This document shows positions 1-12,222 of a stretch of DNA of 64,000 nucleotides, piece by piece. Numbering within the stretch: the stretch's first letter is position 1; each line of letters opens with the position of its first letter. Source of the stretch: Malacoraja senta (Eukaryota); contig CM075994.1 of the NCBI GenBank assembly GCA_038087875.1, forward strand, positions 5,954,001-6,018,000. Reading direction: 5' to 3'. Position numbers and translations under genes: made by a program. A model generated the notes under the pieces. The model searched no databases. It had not been told where the DNA came from and worked only from the letters and a program-made list of their open reading frames with translations.

Positions 1-265
1 AATTCCAATTTTGGTTGTGCGGGAAATCATGCGCAGCAGAATTATGAATATGTGCCTCAACGAATATACGACGAATAAGGTCGTATTGACCATTGGTCCT
101 CTGGTTTTGAAAATTATTTAGCAATGCCAATGTCAGACATTAAATAATATGACATATTTCCACATTTTCTAACTTAATCCTGAGCCAACTTGCCCAGCTG
201 AACAAGTATTTTGTATAACAATCTTCATTGTCCACGTTACCACCTACTTAAGTGCCATATTAAAA

Positions 266-2745
266 GGTACCCGGACGTGGCGCCGACGGACGAGAAGCCG
301 AAGCAAAGAAGTGGAAGCCAAATAACCGAATGGAAACGAAGCCGAAACGCCAAATAACCGAATGGAAACGAAGCCGAAACGCCAATTGACCGAAAGGGTG
401 GGACGTCTAAATGCATACTAACCGAAAGGGCGGGACGCCTAAAAGCCAACTAACCGAAAGGCTGCGTCGCCTAAAAGCAAACTCACCGAATGGCCGCTCT
501 GCCGAAACGCCACCTACCCGAAAACCGGCGTCGCCTACAAGCGAACGGACCGAATGCCGCTCAACAGAAAAGTCGAATATCGGGCATGACGTTGCCGGGA
601 GCGGGACATGTCAGCAATTGGTCCAAACCCCCGCGTCCATCACATCACTGTGGAGGGATGAACTTTGTCCCCTTCTCTCTTTGTCCCATTCTCTCTCTCC
701 CCTTCTCTCTTTCTCTCCCTCTTCTGTCTTCCCCCTTCTCTCTCTCCTCCGTCTCCACCGGCGGGAGGATGGGGGCCATTTTCCCACACAAGCCATAGGT
801 GACTGGGCAATCTGAACCCAAGCACCAAGTTGTAAGCGGCCGAAGGTGCGCATCTTTCGGGACAGCCCCCACTCTCCCACGGCCTCATCTCCCCCGTGCG
901 GCTGCACTGTGACGGGCTGTATGTCGGGTGGAGTAGATGTATGGGACAGGCTGGTGCCTCCGCACACCCAGAGTCACTGACCGCGATGCACCGCCATCGG
1001 ACCCCAACCCACACACCAGGGCGACCTCCCCGCACCTCCGATCCCCGGATCCTGACACCCACACCGGGTCATTTACCCAACCCCAGCCGCGGGGCCAGGC
1101 CGCTCGGGCATTGTAAATCGTTTTTAAAACATCGGGGGACACATTCCCTGGAGGGCCGAAGGGAGAGAGAGCGGGGGGGAAGAGAGAAGAGGGGAGAGAA
1201 AGAGAAAAGGGGGGAGAGAGAGAGAAGGGAGTGAGCGGGGGGAGAGAGAGGAGGGGAGAGAGAAGGTGAGAGAGAGAAGATGGGAGAGAAAGAGCGAAGG
1301 GGAGAGAGAGAAATGAGAGAGAGGGGGAGAGGGCACGTGCAGAAAGAGGCGGAGAGAGAGAAGGGGGAGAGAGAGGAGGGAGAGCGAGGGGGAGAGAGGG
1401 AGGTGGAGAGAGAGAAGAGGGGTGAGAAAGAGAGAAGGGGAGAGAGAAGGGAGAGAGGGGGGAGAGGAGAGGAGGGGAGGAGAGAGAGAAGAGGAGAGAG
1501 GAATAGAGAAGGGGAGAGAGACAAGGGAGACAGAGGGGGTGAGAGGGGAGGGAGAGAGAGAGGATGAGAGAGAGAAGTGGAGAGAGAGAAGGGAGAGAGA
1601 GGGTGGAGAGAGAGAGGGAGGAGAGAGCGAAGAGGGGAGAGAAAGGGAGAAGGGGAGAGAGAGGGGGAGAAGGGTGGAGAGAGAAGAGGAGAGAGAGAAG
1701 AGGGAGAGAGAGAAGGGAGAGAGGTGGAGACATAGCGGGAGGAGAGAGAGAAGAGGGGAGAAAAAGAGAAATGGGGAGAGAGAGAAGGGAGAGAGAGGGG
1801 GAGAGAGAGGAAGTGGAGAGAGAGGAGGAGAGAGAGAAGGGGAGAGAGAGAAGAGGGAGAGAGAGAAGGGAGAGGAGGTGGAGACATAGAGGGAGGAGAG
1901 AGAGAAGAGGGGAGAAAAAGAGAAATGGGGAGAGAGAGAAGGGAGAGAGAGGGGGAGAGAGAGGAAGTGGAGAGGGAGGAGAGAGAGACGGGGGAGAGAG
2001 AGAAGGGAGAGTGGGGGGAGAGAGAGGGCCGTGGGAGGGAGAAGGGGGCAGAACGAGAAGGGAGAGAGAGGGGGAGAGAGATGGCGGGGGGAGGGAGAAG
2101 GAGGGAGAGAGAGAAGGGAGAGAGAGAAGGGAGAGAGAGAGGGGGAGAGAGAGAAGAGGGGATAGAGAAGGGGAAGACTTGAGCGTTGGGGTCATTTTCC
2201 CACACAAGCCATAGGTGACTAGGCAATCTGAACCGAAGCACCAAGATGTAAGCGGCCGAAGGTGCGCATCCCTCGGGACAGCCCACACTCTCCCCCTGAC
2301 ACCCTCCGCGGGCTGTGTGTCGGCTGGAGCGGAGGTGTGGGACAATGTTCATCCCTCCACAGTGATGTAACGGACGCGGGGGGTCTGGGCCAATCGCTGA
2401 CAAGTCCCGCCCCCCGGCAACGTCATGTCCGTTATTTGACTTTTCTGTTGAGCGGCATTCGGTCGGTTGGCTTGTAGGCGACGCCGCATTTCGGTAGGTG
2501 GCGTTTCGGCAGAGCGGCCATTCGGTGAGTTTGCTTTTAGGCGACGCAGCCTTTCGGTTAGTTGGCTTTTAGGCATCCCGTCCGTTCCTTTACTTTGCAT
2601 TTAGCCGTCCCACCCTTTCCGTTAGTTGGCGTTTCGGCTTCCTTTCCATTCGGTTATTTGGCGTTTCGGGTTCGTTTCCATTCGGTTATTTGGCTTCCAC
2701 TTCTTTGCTTCCGCTTCCCGTCCGTCGGGGCCACACCCGCACACG
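266..2745. mobile_element. Non-autonomous foldback DNA transposon, probably Mutator-like (MULE)
   Basis: ~405-bp terminal inverted repeats (266-671 / 2339-2745) built from ~30-bp subrepeats (aaataaccgaatggaaacgaagccgaaacgcc); 9-bp TSD atattaaaa at 257-265 and 2746-2754; no transposase ORF. Confidence 0.75.
1160..2178 (+). repeat. GA-rich polypurine low-complexity tract inside the foldback element
   Basis: Nearly pure G/A degenerate repeat; source of the spurious RE/SL-rich ORFs. Confidence 0.95.
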
Positions 2746-3483
2746 ATATTAAAAATGTCTAATGAATGTAATGCAAACCGTTGTATCGTAAATATTGTGT
2801 GCATCTTGAATTACAGAGCGTGCATTATTATTTTCTATCCTTAGTTTGATATTCATTTGGTCAAAATATGTATTCGACTATTGAATTGTTTCACAGTACC
2901 TTTTAGTAGCTACAAAAAATTATGAATTCTCTTCGATTTTTTCAAATTTCTCTCTCGGCATTTTTCTATTTTTATGTCACATGATGCAAATTCTATGAAA
3001 TTATTCACACGTTTTTCATCGATCAAATATCTAAATGACATTCATTCTTCGATTTTCTGCTCCACCATCTGATTTCAGCATATCCATAACGAATTTATTT
3101 TGTTAAGTAAACCAGATTATATTTCATGGTGCTGAAATCAATTGGAGGACGTTTCATATGGGTGCATTTCGAAATAATGTATTTTGTCCCAGAGATCTGC
3201 AGGGAATTGACAGTCTTATAATCGATTAATCATAAAACAATTATAATGCAAACAGCCTAATCCTTCAATGTAAGATACAGGCTATGCAGCGGAACCGTGC
3301 TATATCCTTTCCCAGAAGTGTTTCAATATATTTGTCGTCGAAATAAAGATTTTCACTGACTGTTTATTGATTGTAATTCTTACAAAATCGTACTCATCCA
3401 ACAGTAAGGAAACTAGTTTTAGACGTTGGCGGAAAGGATTAACTTTTATATTCATGCTTCTCTTGCTTCGTTCCTTGGAATAG

Positions 3484-3519
3484 AACCTGACCGGCTGAAA
3501 AAAGCTCTTGTTGATATTG
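3484..3519 (+). CDS. Putative 36-nt phase-1 micro-exon of coiled-coil host gene, (E)PDRLKKALVDI
   Basis: Long pyrimidine tract ...cttcgttccttggaatag acceptor, TTG/gtgagg donor, open in phase 1. Confidence 0.6.
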
Positions 3520-3699
3520 GTGAGGCACTGATTTCAAACATAGAATCCACTATTCAAAGTGAAATTCCGTCAAACTTAGCAACGGTTGCCAATATTTATT
3601 AAAATGCTATTAATGTTATAATGCATTATTTATGCTTTTCATTTGATGTATGAACAGTTGCTACATTTTAAATACATAAATGGATAGTACACGGTGCAT

Positions 3700-4444
3700 G
3701 TCAGATTGGGGAATTTATTATGGGGAACAAAGAAATGGCAGTTGAGTTGAAAAGGTACTTTGGATCCGTCTTCTCTAAGATGGACACAAACAATCTTCCT
3801 GATATAGTAGTGGCCAGAGGATCTGGAGTGAAGGAACAATTGAAGGAAATCCACATTAGGCAGGATATTATGTTGGGTAGACTGACGGGACTCAAGGCTG
3901 ACAAATCCCCAGGGCCCGATGACCTGCATCCCAGAGTACTTAAGGAAGTAGCTCTAGAAATCGTGGATGCATTGGTGATAATTTTCCAATATTCTCTAGA
4001 TTCAGGGTCCGTTCCTGTGGATTGGAGGGTGGCTAATGTTATCCCACTTTTTAAGAAAGCCGGGAGAGAGAAAACAGGGAATTATAGGTCAGTTAGCCTG
4101 ACATCGGTGGTGGGGAAGATGCTGGAGTCAATTATAAAAGATGAGATAGCCGAACATTCGGATAGCAGTAGCAGGATCGGGCCGAGTCAGCATGGATTTA
4201 CGAAGGAGAAATCATGCTTGACTAATCTTCTGGACTTTTATGAAGATGTAACTAGGAAAATGGACAAGGGAGAGCCAGTGGATGTAGTGTACCTGGACTT
4301 TCAGAAAGCATTTGATAAGGGCACACATAGGAGATTAGTGGGCAAAATTAGGGCACATGATATTGGGGGTAGAGTGCTGACATGGATAGAAAATTGGTTG
4401 CAGACAGGAAACAAAGAGGTGGGAGTAACATGTCCATTTCAGAA
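3700..4444 (+). mobile_element. CR1 LINE ORF2 fragment (RT N-terminal part), cut at L1 junction
   Basis: KSPGPDDLHPRVLKE, DWRVANVIPLFKK, NYRSVSLTSVVGK, DVVYLDFQKAFDK motifs. Confidence 0.92.
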
Positions 4445-6662
4445 TCTTCAAAATTCGAATTATCTAGGGGCAACAGACAAGGATGTTCACTATCACCGCT
4501 GTTATTTGCTTTGGTAATTGAACCCCTTGCTGAAAAAATAAGAACACACTCGAATATTCACGGTTATAACACAAAATATTCAAACAACAAACTATCCCTA
4601 TATGCTGATGATGTACTACTGTACATCACAAAACCACAAATTAGTATACCAAATATATTAAACTTAATTGAGGACTTTGGATCCTTTTCAGGATATAGAA
4701 TAAATTGGAACAAAAGTGAAATTATGTCGATTAAACCAAAAGACTCAACACATCTCAGGAAATTCCCTTTTAAAATAGCTATGGAAAAATTCAAATATTT
4801 AGGAATTGAGATTACTAGAAATTACCATGATATGTTTAAAGCTAATTATAATCCCCTACTTAAGAAATTAAATAATCTGATTAAATTTTGGAAAACACTT
4901 CCGATGTCCTTAATAGGTAGGATAAATGCTATAAAAATGATTTTCTTACCACAAATCCTTTACCTATTTCAATCAATACCTATATATCTCCCAAAAAAGT
5001 TTTTCAAAAAACTGGACTCAGACATTACAAATTTTATATGGGATTACAAATCCCACAGAATACAAAGAACACACCTTAACAAACGAAAAGAGGTGGGGGG
5101 TCTAGCGCTCCCTAACTTTATGTATTATAACTGGGCAGTAAATATTAAAAATATGATTCACCTGCTGGACAATTCTGCCCAGCAGGTGGACTGGATTATA
5201 ATGGAAAAAGGGGATTGCTCCCCGAATAATATAGGAGCGATTATTCTCTCTCCAATAAATTTGAATAATAAAAATTATAATAAAAATCCAATTATATATA
5301 GCACTATTAGAACATGGAAGCAAATAAAACAGAATCTAAAATTAAGAAACCTATCTCTCTTAATACCAATAGTCAATAACCCATCGTTTAAACCTTCAAT
5401 CATAGATAAAGCATTTATACAATGGGAAAGAATGGGAATTAAAACGCTCGAAGATCTGTATGAATTAGAAAAATTACTATCATTCCAACAACTACAACTG
5501 AAATATAATTTGAAAAATAATCAATATTTTAAATATATACAAATCTGTGACTATTTGAAAACACACACAAAAGATTATTATAATATGCCTTCCGACTTAC
5601 TAGATGAAGCAATGAAGACAAAGGCGGAATCAGTTAATTTAATATCATACTTATATAATATCATCTTAAATATAGAAATACCCACAACAGATGGAATTAG
5701 AAGAGATTGGGAACAAGATCTAGGTATAAAAATTTCAAAAGAGAGTTGGGATAATCATTTATTACAGGTGCATAAATGCTCGATCAACGTACGACATACG
5801 CTTATCCAATTTAAAACATTACATAGATTATATTATTCAAAAACCAAACTAAATAAAATCTTTCCTAACGTCTCACCAATCTGTGATAAATGTATATGTC
5901 AAGAAGCTACCATAGCACATTCTTTTGTTTTTTGTACAAAAATCCAAAAATTCTGGTTTGAAATATTTGATATTTTTTCAAAATTAATCAAAATAAAACT
6001 GGTACCAAAACCAGAATGGATTATTTTTGGAATATCGGAAGGTATTCCTGAATTAAACGTGTATCAGAAGAATTTACTCAATTATGGGCTAATAATGGGA
6101 AAAAAGCTTATACTTAAATTCTGGAAAAATGCGCCCACACCAACAATAAAAATGTGGACATCAAATATGTTGGAAACATTACATCTGGAAGAGATGAGAT
6201 TCCTCCTAGTAGGTAAAGTAGATCAATTTCAAAAGACGTGGTCTACGTTTTTGGACCTATTACAAGCATGAGGTGCAATAGTAATTTAGAAAAACAAATA
6301 AATAAATAAAAGGTATCTGGACCTGGTAATGGGAGGTAAAATAAAAACAGACTTGGTTGGTAGTTCCTTCTCTATGAAGTATGGTATAAGAGTTATAATA
6401 GAGCGATTGTTCCTTCTTTCTTTCTCTTTTTTTTTCTAGGGTCTATTTTCTAACTTTACTTCCTTCTCTAACCTCTTCTCTAAGGGGCTTTCTTTTCCCA
6501 ACACTCTTTTGCACTTCACAACCTTTGCGCACTTTCTTCACTTTTCTTACTTCTTTCTTTTTCTTTCTTAAAGTTTAAAAAAAATGAAGCGGTACAAAAA
6601 ATGTATTAATATATACGTGTTGTACATTACTGTAATCTACCGTACTTCTAAAAAATAAAATA

Positions 6663-6700
<38 letters not shown>
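4445..6700 (+). mobile_element. 5'-truncated L1-clade LINE #1 (ORF2 RT C-half and CCHC C-terminus, stop 6271; 3' UTR; poly(A))
   Basis: RGNRQGCSLSPLLF, LYADD, GGLALPN, CDKC..HSFVFC; uninterrupted ORF; aataaa plus A-tail to 6700. Confidence 0.95.
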
Positions 6701-6702
<2 letters not shown>

Positions 6703-7926
6703 ATCGATTAATCATAAAACAATTATAATGCAAACAGCCTAATCCTTCAATGTAAGATACAGGCTATGCAGCGGAACCGTGCTATATCCTTTCCCAGAAG
6801 TGTTTCAATATATTTGTCGTCGAAATAAAGATTTTCACTGACTGTTTATTGATTGTAATTCTTACAAAATCGTACTCATCCAACAGTAAGGAAACTAGTT
6901 TTAGACGTTGGCGGAAAGGATTAACTTTTATATTCATGCTTCTCTTGCTTCGTTCCTTGGAATAGAACCTGACCGGCTGAAAAAAGCTCTTGTTGATATT
7001 GGTGAGGCACTGATTTCAAACATAGAATCCACTATTCAAAGTGAAATTCCGTCAAACTTAGCAACGGTTGCCAATATTTATTAAAATGCTATTAATGTTA
7101 TAATGCATTATTTATGCTTTTCATTTGATGTATGAACAGTTGCTACATTTTAAATACATAAATGGATAGTACACGGTGCATGTCAGATTGGGGAATTTAT
7201 TATGGGGAACAAAGAAATGGCAGTTGAGTTGAAAAGGTACTTTGGATCCGTCTTCTCTAAGATGGACACAAACAATCTTCCTGATATAGTAGTGGCCAGA
7301 GGATCTGGAGTGAAGGAACAATTGAAGGAAATCCACATTAGGCAGGATATTATGTTGGGTAGACTGACGGGACTCAAGGCTGACAAATCCCCAGGGCCCG
7401 ATGACCTGCATCCCAGAGTACTTAAGGAAGTAGCTCTAGAAATCGTGGATGCATTGGTGATAATTTTCCAATATTCTCTAGATTCAGGGTCCGTTCCTGT
7501 GGATTGGAGGGTGGCTAATGTTATCCCACTTTTTAAGAAAGCCGGGAGAGAGAAAACAGGGAATTATAGGTCAGTTAGCCTGACATCGGTGGTGGGGAAG
7601 ATGCTGGAGTCAATTATAAAAGATGAGATAGCCGAACATTCGGATAGCAGTAGCAGGATCGGGCCGAGTCAGCATGGATTTACGAAGGAGAAATCATGCT
7701 TGACTAATCTTCTGGACTTTTATGAAGATGTAACTAGGAAAATGGATAAGGGAGAGCCAGTGGATGTAGTGTACCTGGACTTTCAGAAAGCATTTGATAA
7801 GGGCACACATAGGAGATTAGTGGGCAAAATTAGGGCACATGATATTGGGGGTAGAGTGCTGACATGGATAGAAAATTGGTTGCAGACAGGAAACAAAGAG
7901 GTGGGAGTAACATGTCCATTTCAGAA
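6701..7926 (+). repeat. Right copy of 1226-bp duplication
   Basis: Begins immediately after the L1 poly(A); ORFs 7121/7183/7202 duplicate 3639/3701/3720. Confidence 0.95.
6966..7001 (+). CDS. Duplicate of the 36-nt micro-exon (EPDRLKKALVDI)
   Basis: Identical exon and splice sites to 3484-3519. Confidence 0.55.
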
Positions 7927-8495
7927 CGGCAGGCAGTGACTAGTGGGGTACAGCAAGGCTCGGTGCTGGGACCGCTGCTATTTACAATATACATCAATGA
8001 TTTGGATGAAGGGATTCAAAGTCACATTAGCAAATTTGCAGTTGGCTCAAAGCTGGGTGGCAGTGTGAACTGTGAGGAGGATGCTATGAGAATGCAGGGT
8101 GATTTGGAGAGGTTTGGGGGGTGGGCAGTTGTATGGCAGATGGAGTTTAATGTAGATAAATATGAGGTTATCCACTGATATAAAAACAGGAAGGCGGATT
8201 ACTATCTAAATTCCGTCAAGATGGGAAAAGGTGAAGTATAACGGGTTCTGGGGGGGGGGTCCAGAACCACGGGCCACAGTTTAAAAATAAGGGGTAAGCC
8301 ATTTAAAACGGAGACGAGAAAACACGTTTTCTTTAAAGAGTGAGCTAGATAGGGCTCTTAAAGATAGCGGAGTCGGGGGATATGGGGAGAAGGCAGGAAC
8401 GGGACACTGATTGAGCCATGATCACATTGAATGGCGGTGCTGGCTCGAAGGGCCGAATGACCTACTCCTGTACCTATTGTCTATTGTCTATTGTT
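7182..8495 (+). mobile_element. Decayed CR1 LINE with internal deletions and 3' tail
   Basis: RT motifs GVQQGSVLGPLLFTIYINDLD; CR1 3' end ggctcgaagggccgaat..ctcctg + (ctattgt)n. Confidence 0.9.
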
Positions 8496-8987
8496 TCCAT
8501 CTTATAACGAATTCATGCAGAATATGGCGCGTACCATGCTTCGTCGACCTAATGCTGCAGCACCGCCACCGCGTCAAAAATTTTAATGAGTTTGTAAAGA
8601 CCATGAAATGAACCAATGTTTTGCAACTGATCTTCTTCGTTGTCTCACCCGCGAGGTATAACTAAATCCAGTCCAGAACCATGCAGAAAATTAGGCTTCC
8701 ACGGTGGATGGATGCTCTGGAAAGTCAATGATTAAAGGGAAAATTGAGCAGCATCCGTCAGTGTAGATGTGTCGTTTTGCCCGCGATGACCACCATTATG
8801 ATGGTCAGAAGGACATTGCTGTTACGTTTCCTACTGCGCAGCCTAATTTTGAGGCAACACATTACTGATAGAATTACTGAGACTTCTTTCTTGAAAAGTC
8901 AAGTTGCAGCCTTTGCATTATTCTTATTCTTTGTTTCTTCTTCTTTTATTCTTTCACGTGACTGAACCTGTGGGCTAAGTGCGGATA

Positions 8988-9140
8988 CAGGGGCGGCACA
9001 GTACCTGTAGAGCAGCGGCTTCACATCGTCAGGGGTGCGGGTTACAAGTGCTGTTTGTACGGACTTTGCACGTTCTCCCTGTGACTGGGTGGGTTTCTTC
9101 TGGGTGTTCCAGTTTCTTCCCACATTCCAGAGACGTGAAT
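8988..9140 (+). mobile_element. V-SINE (HE1-like) fragment
   Basis: ggggcggcacag head; tttgcacgttctccctgtgac..gggtttc..ccagtttcttcccacattccagagacgt V-domain-like core. Confidence 0.6.
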
Positions 9141-9192
9141 GCGTTGACAGTTGTGGGATGCTTACGTGATTGTATCCACCTTTGGTTTTATG

Positions 9193-9338
9193 GTGAAGAT
9201 AGACACAAAAAGCTGGAGTAACTCTGCGGAACAGGCAGCATCTCTGGGGGAGAGGAATGGATGATGTTTCGGGTGAATTACTCAAGCTTTTTGTGCCTAT
9301 CTTCGGTTAAACCAGCATCTGCAATTCCTTCCTTCACA
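9193..9338. mobile_element. Palindromic Penelope-derived short element, internally deleted
   Basis: gaagatagacacaaaaagctggagtaa ... ttactcaagctttttgtgcctatcttc inverted arms; same sequence as the Penelope tail at 35920. Confidence 0.6.
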
Positions 9339-9447
9339 TTCGGTTTCATGGTCGTATTTTTCTGGCTAACTTTTTCTCTCGAAGTAGCATTTTCTTTCAT
9401 GAGACAATTTATGTGCCGGAATATAAAATGAGCCTTACAATCGTTAA

Positions 9448-9585
9448 TTAATTGATAAATAATCGAAAGTCATCTCTGCTTGATGTAGCTTCCATTTTAA
9501 ACTGGAATTTTGCACCGTTCTTCGGCAACAGGATATGAGATCTTGAAATGTGTTTGCTATATCAGAGCAGATCCCGGTAGATTCA
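9448..9585 (+). repeat. Left copy of 138-bp TSD of L1 #2
   Basis: Matches 11704-11841 (offset 2256). Confidence 0.95.
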
Positions 9586-11703
9586 TACTAAAGACTCATA
9601 TAATAAAATATCTTTATACGCGGATGATATATTATTGTATATTACAAAACCTCAAATCACTATACCAAATATATTAAATTTAATTGAAGACTTCGGATCT
9701 TTTTCTGGATATAGAATAAATTGGAATAAAAGTGAAATTATGTCAATAAAACCGAAAGATTCAACACATCTTTTAAAATTCCCTTTTAAAATAGCTACAG
9801 AAAAATTTAAATATTTGGGAATCGAAATTACCAGAGCATATCAAGGTATGCTCAGGGCAAATTTTGACCCCCTACTTAATAAACTGAATACATTAATTAA
9901 ATTCTGGAAAACGCTTCCGATGTCTTTAATAGGCCGAATAAACGCAATAAAAATGATCTTTTTACCACAAATTTTATACCTATTTCAATCAATTCCTATA
10001 TACTTACCTAAGAAGTTTTTTAAAAAACTCGACTCAGATATCACTAATTTTATATGGGACTATAAATCACATAGAATACAAAAAACCCATCTGAATAAAT
10101 CTAAAGTATTGGGGGGTCTAGCACTACCCAATTTTATGTATTATTATTGGTCAGTAAATATTAAAAACATGATTCAACTGATGGATAACTCCGCCCAGCA
10201 AGCAGACTGGATTGTAATGGAGAAAGAGGATTGCTCCTCTAGAAACATTGGAGCGATCCTCCTCTCTCCAATGAAATTGAATAACATAAACTATAATAAG
10301 AACCCAATTATTCATAGTACAATCCGTATTTGGAAACAAATAAAACAAAATTTAAAATTAAGAAACTTATCACTTTTATTACCTATAGTCAATAACCCTT
10401 CGTTTAGTCCTTCTATTATAGATAAAGCTTATACACAATGGGATAGACTAGGAATTAAAACGCTTGGTGACTTGTATGAAACTGGAAAATTACTTTCATT
10501 TCAACAATTACAAATAAAATATAAACTCGGAAATAATCAATATTTTAAATACTTTCAAATATGCGACTATTTGAAAAAATATATAAAAGATCATCATAAT
10601 AACCCAGCAGATGTACTGGACGAGGCAATGCAGACAAAAGCGGAATCAGCAAACTTAATATCATATTTGTACAATATTATCTTAAATGTACAAATACCAT
10701 CTACGGAGGGTATCAGAAGAGACTGGGAACAAGAGTTAGCTATTAAAATTTCAAAGGAAAGTTGGAATGAATACTTATTAAAAGTACATAAATGCTCGAT
10801 TAATGTAAGACACACTTTAATACAATTTAAAATTTTACATAGATTATATTATTCGAAAACTAAAATTCATAAAATTTTCCCAAACGTATCATCTATTTGT
10901 GATAAATGTCAATCCCAAGAAGCAACTATAGCGCACTCATTTGTCTTCTGTACAAAAATTCAAAAATTTTGGAATGAAATTTTTGAAATCTTTACAAAGT
11001 TATTTAAAACAAGACTGATACCCAAAGCAGAATGGATTATCTTCGGAATAACGGAAGATGATCCAGAACTAAATGTGTTTCAAAAGAAATTAATGGATTA
11101 TGGGTTAATAACTGGAAAAAAGCTAATTCTAAAATTTTGGAAGAAGGCTCCAATACCAACTATAAATATGTGGATTTCAAATATGTTTGAAACACTACAC
11201 CTTGAAGAGATAAGACTCCTCCTAGCAGGTAAACCAGATCACTTCCACCTGACGTGGTCTGCATTTATAGAATTATTACAAACATAGGGTGCAAAAGTAC
11301 TTTAAAAAAATAAAAAATTGAGGTCGGGTAAGGGGGGATGATAGTTGAAGAGTTGGTATGTCCTATTTACGTGATGCTCAAAAAAAAAAAACATTTGTTT
11401 TTCTTTTTTTCTCTCTCTCTTTTCTTTTCTTAAGGCCTATTTCTTAACTCTTTTTCTTTTTGTTTTTAATTTCGCTCTCATAGGGTCCTCGTCCTTTTTT
11501 TTTGTTGTTACATTTTCTACACTTTTCTACACTTGCACTTTTTCCTTCACTTTCTTCTCTCTTTCAATCTTTTCTTTCTTTAGTGTAAAAAAAAATAAAG
11601 GGAGTACATTAATTGTAAGAAGATATAAATGACGAGTATTAATGTATGTGGCTGTGATGTAATGTACTTCTAATAAATAAAAATTAAAAAAAAAAAAAAA
11701 AAA
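9586..11703 (+). mobile_element. 5'-truncated L1-clade LINE #2 (same family as #1, different subfamily)
   Basis: ISLYADD at 5' end, open ORF to 11287 collinear with L1 #1, T-rich 3' UTR, aataaa and poly(A). Confidence 0.95.
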
Positions 11704-11841
11704 TTAATTGATAAATAATCGAAAGTCATCTCTGCTTGATGTAGCTTCCATTTTAAACTGGAATTTTGCACCGTTCTTCGGCAACAGGATATGAGATCTT
11801 GAAATGTGTTTGCTATATCAGAGCAGATCCCGGTAGATTCA
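11704..11841 (+). repeat. Right copy of 138-bp TSD of L1 #2
   Basis: Starts right after the poly(A); matches 9448-9585. Confidence 0.95.
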
Positions 11842-11989
11842 GCTTCGTTAAGATCTTTGCGAATTGAATATGTGTGGCAACATATTTGTTTATTAGTGTC
11901 AATTAAATGCTGTGTTTGGAGAGATATTGCCTTTAGTGAGGCACCGTCAATGTAAGTTAATCCTTAACAAACACAAGATTGTGCTAATA

Positions 11990-12222
11990 GTGTGGAGTTT
12001 GCACCTTCTTCCTGTGACTGGGTGGGTATCTTCGGGGTGTTACAGTTCCCTCTCACTTTCCAGAGACGTGAAGGTTTGTATGTTAATTGGCTTTGTAAAA
12101 TTGCTCCTAGTGTGTGGGATGCGAAAGTGGGATAACATAGATCTATTGTAGGGTAATCGTTGATCGGCACGAACATTGATGGAGCGAAGTGCCTGTTGCC
12201 AACTTTTATCTCTAAACACTAA
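11990..12222 (+). mobile_element. V-SINE fragment
   Basis: gtggagtttgcacc..cctgtgac core and ..tctctaaacactaaa tail. Confidence 0.55.

Larger units (their letters stand above)
3219..4444 (+). repeat. Left copy of 1226-bp direct duplication flanking L1 #1 (giant TSD)
   Basis: Near-identical to 6701-7926 (offset 3482; one mismatch noticed, 4265 c vs 7747 t). Confidence 0.95.

Noticed and set aside
321..560. Regularly spaced ~30-bp repeats resembling a CRISPR array
   Set aside because: No unique spacers, mirrored in the opposite TIR, eukaryotic context, no cas genes
885..2403. Long ORFs (486, 444, 216 aa) rich in S/L/P or R/E/G
   Set aside because: Translation of the GA low-complexity tract; stop-free only because of composition
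4445..11703. The number 2256 appearing twice (L1 #1 length and L1 #2 repeat offset)
   Set aside because: Different quantities (insert alone versus insert + TSD); coincidence
11937..11951. Candidate 15-nt micro-exon (V)RHRQ with gtaagt donor
   Set aside because: Short pyrimidine tract with competing AGs and no similarity to the other exons; not distinguishable from chance
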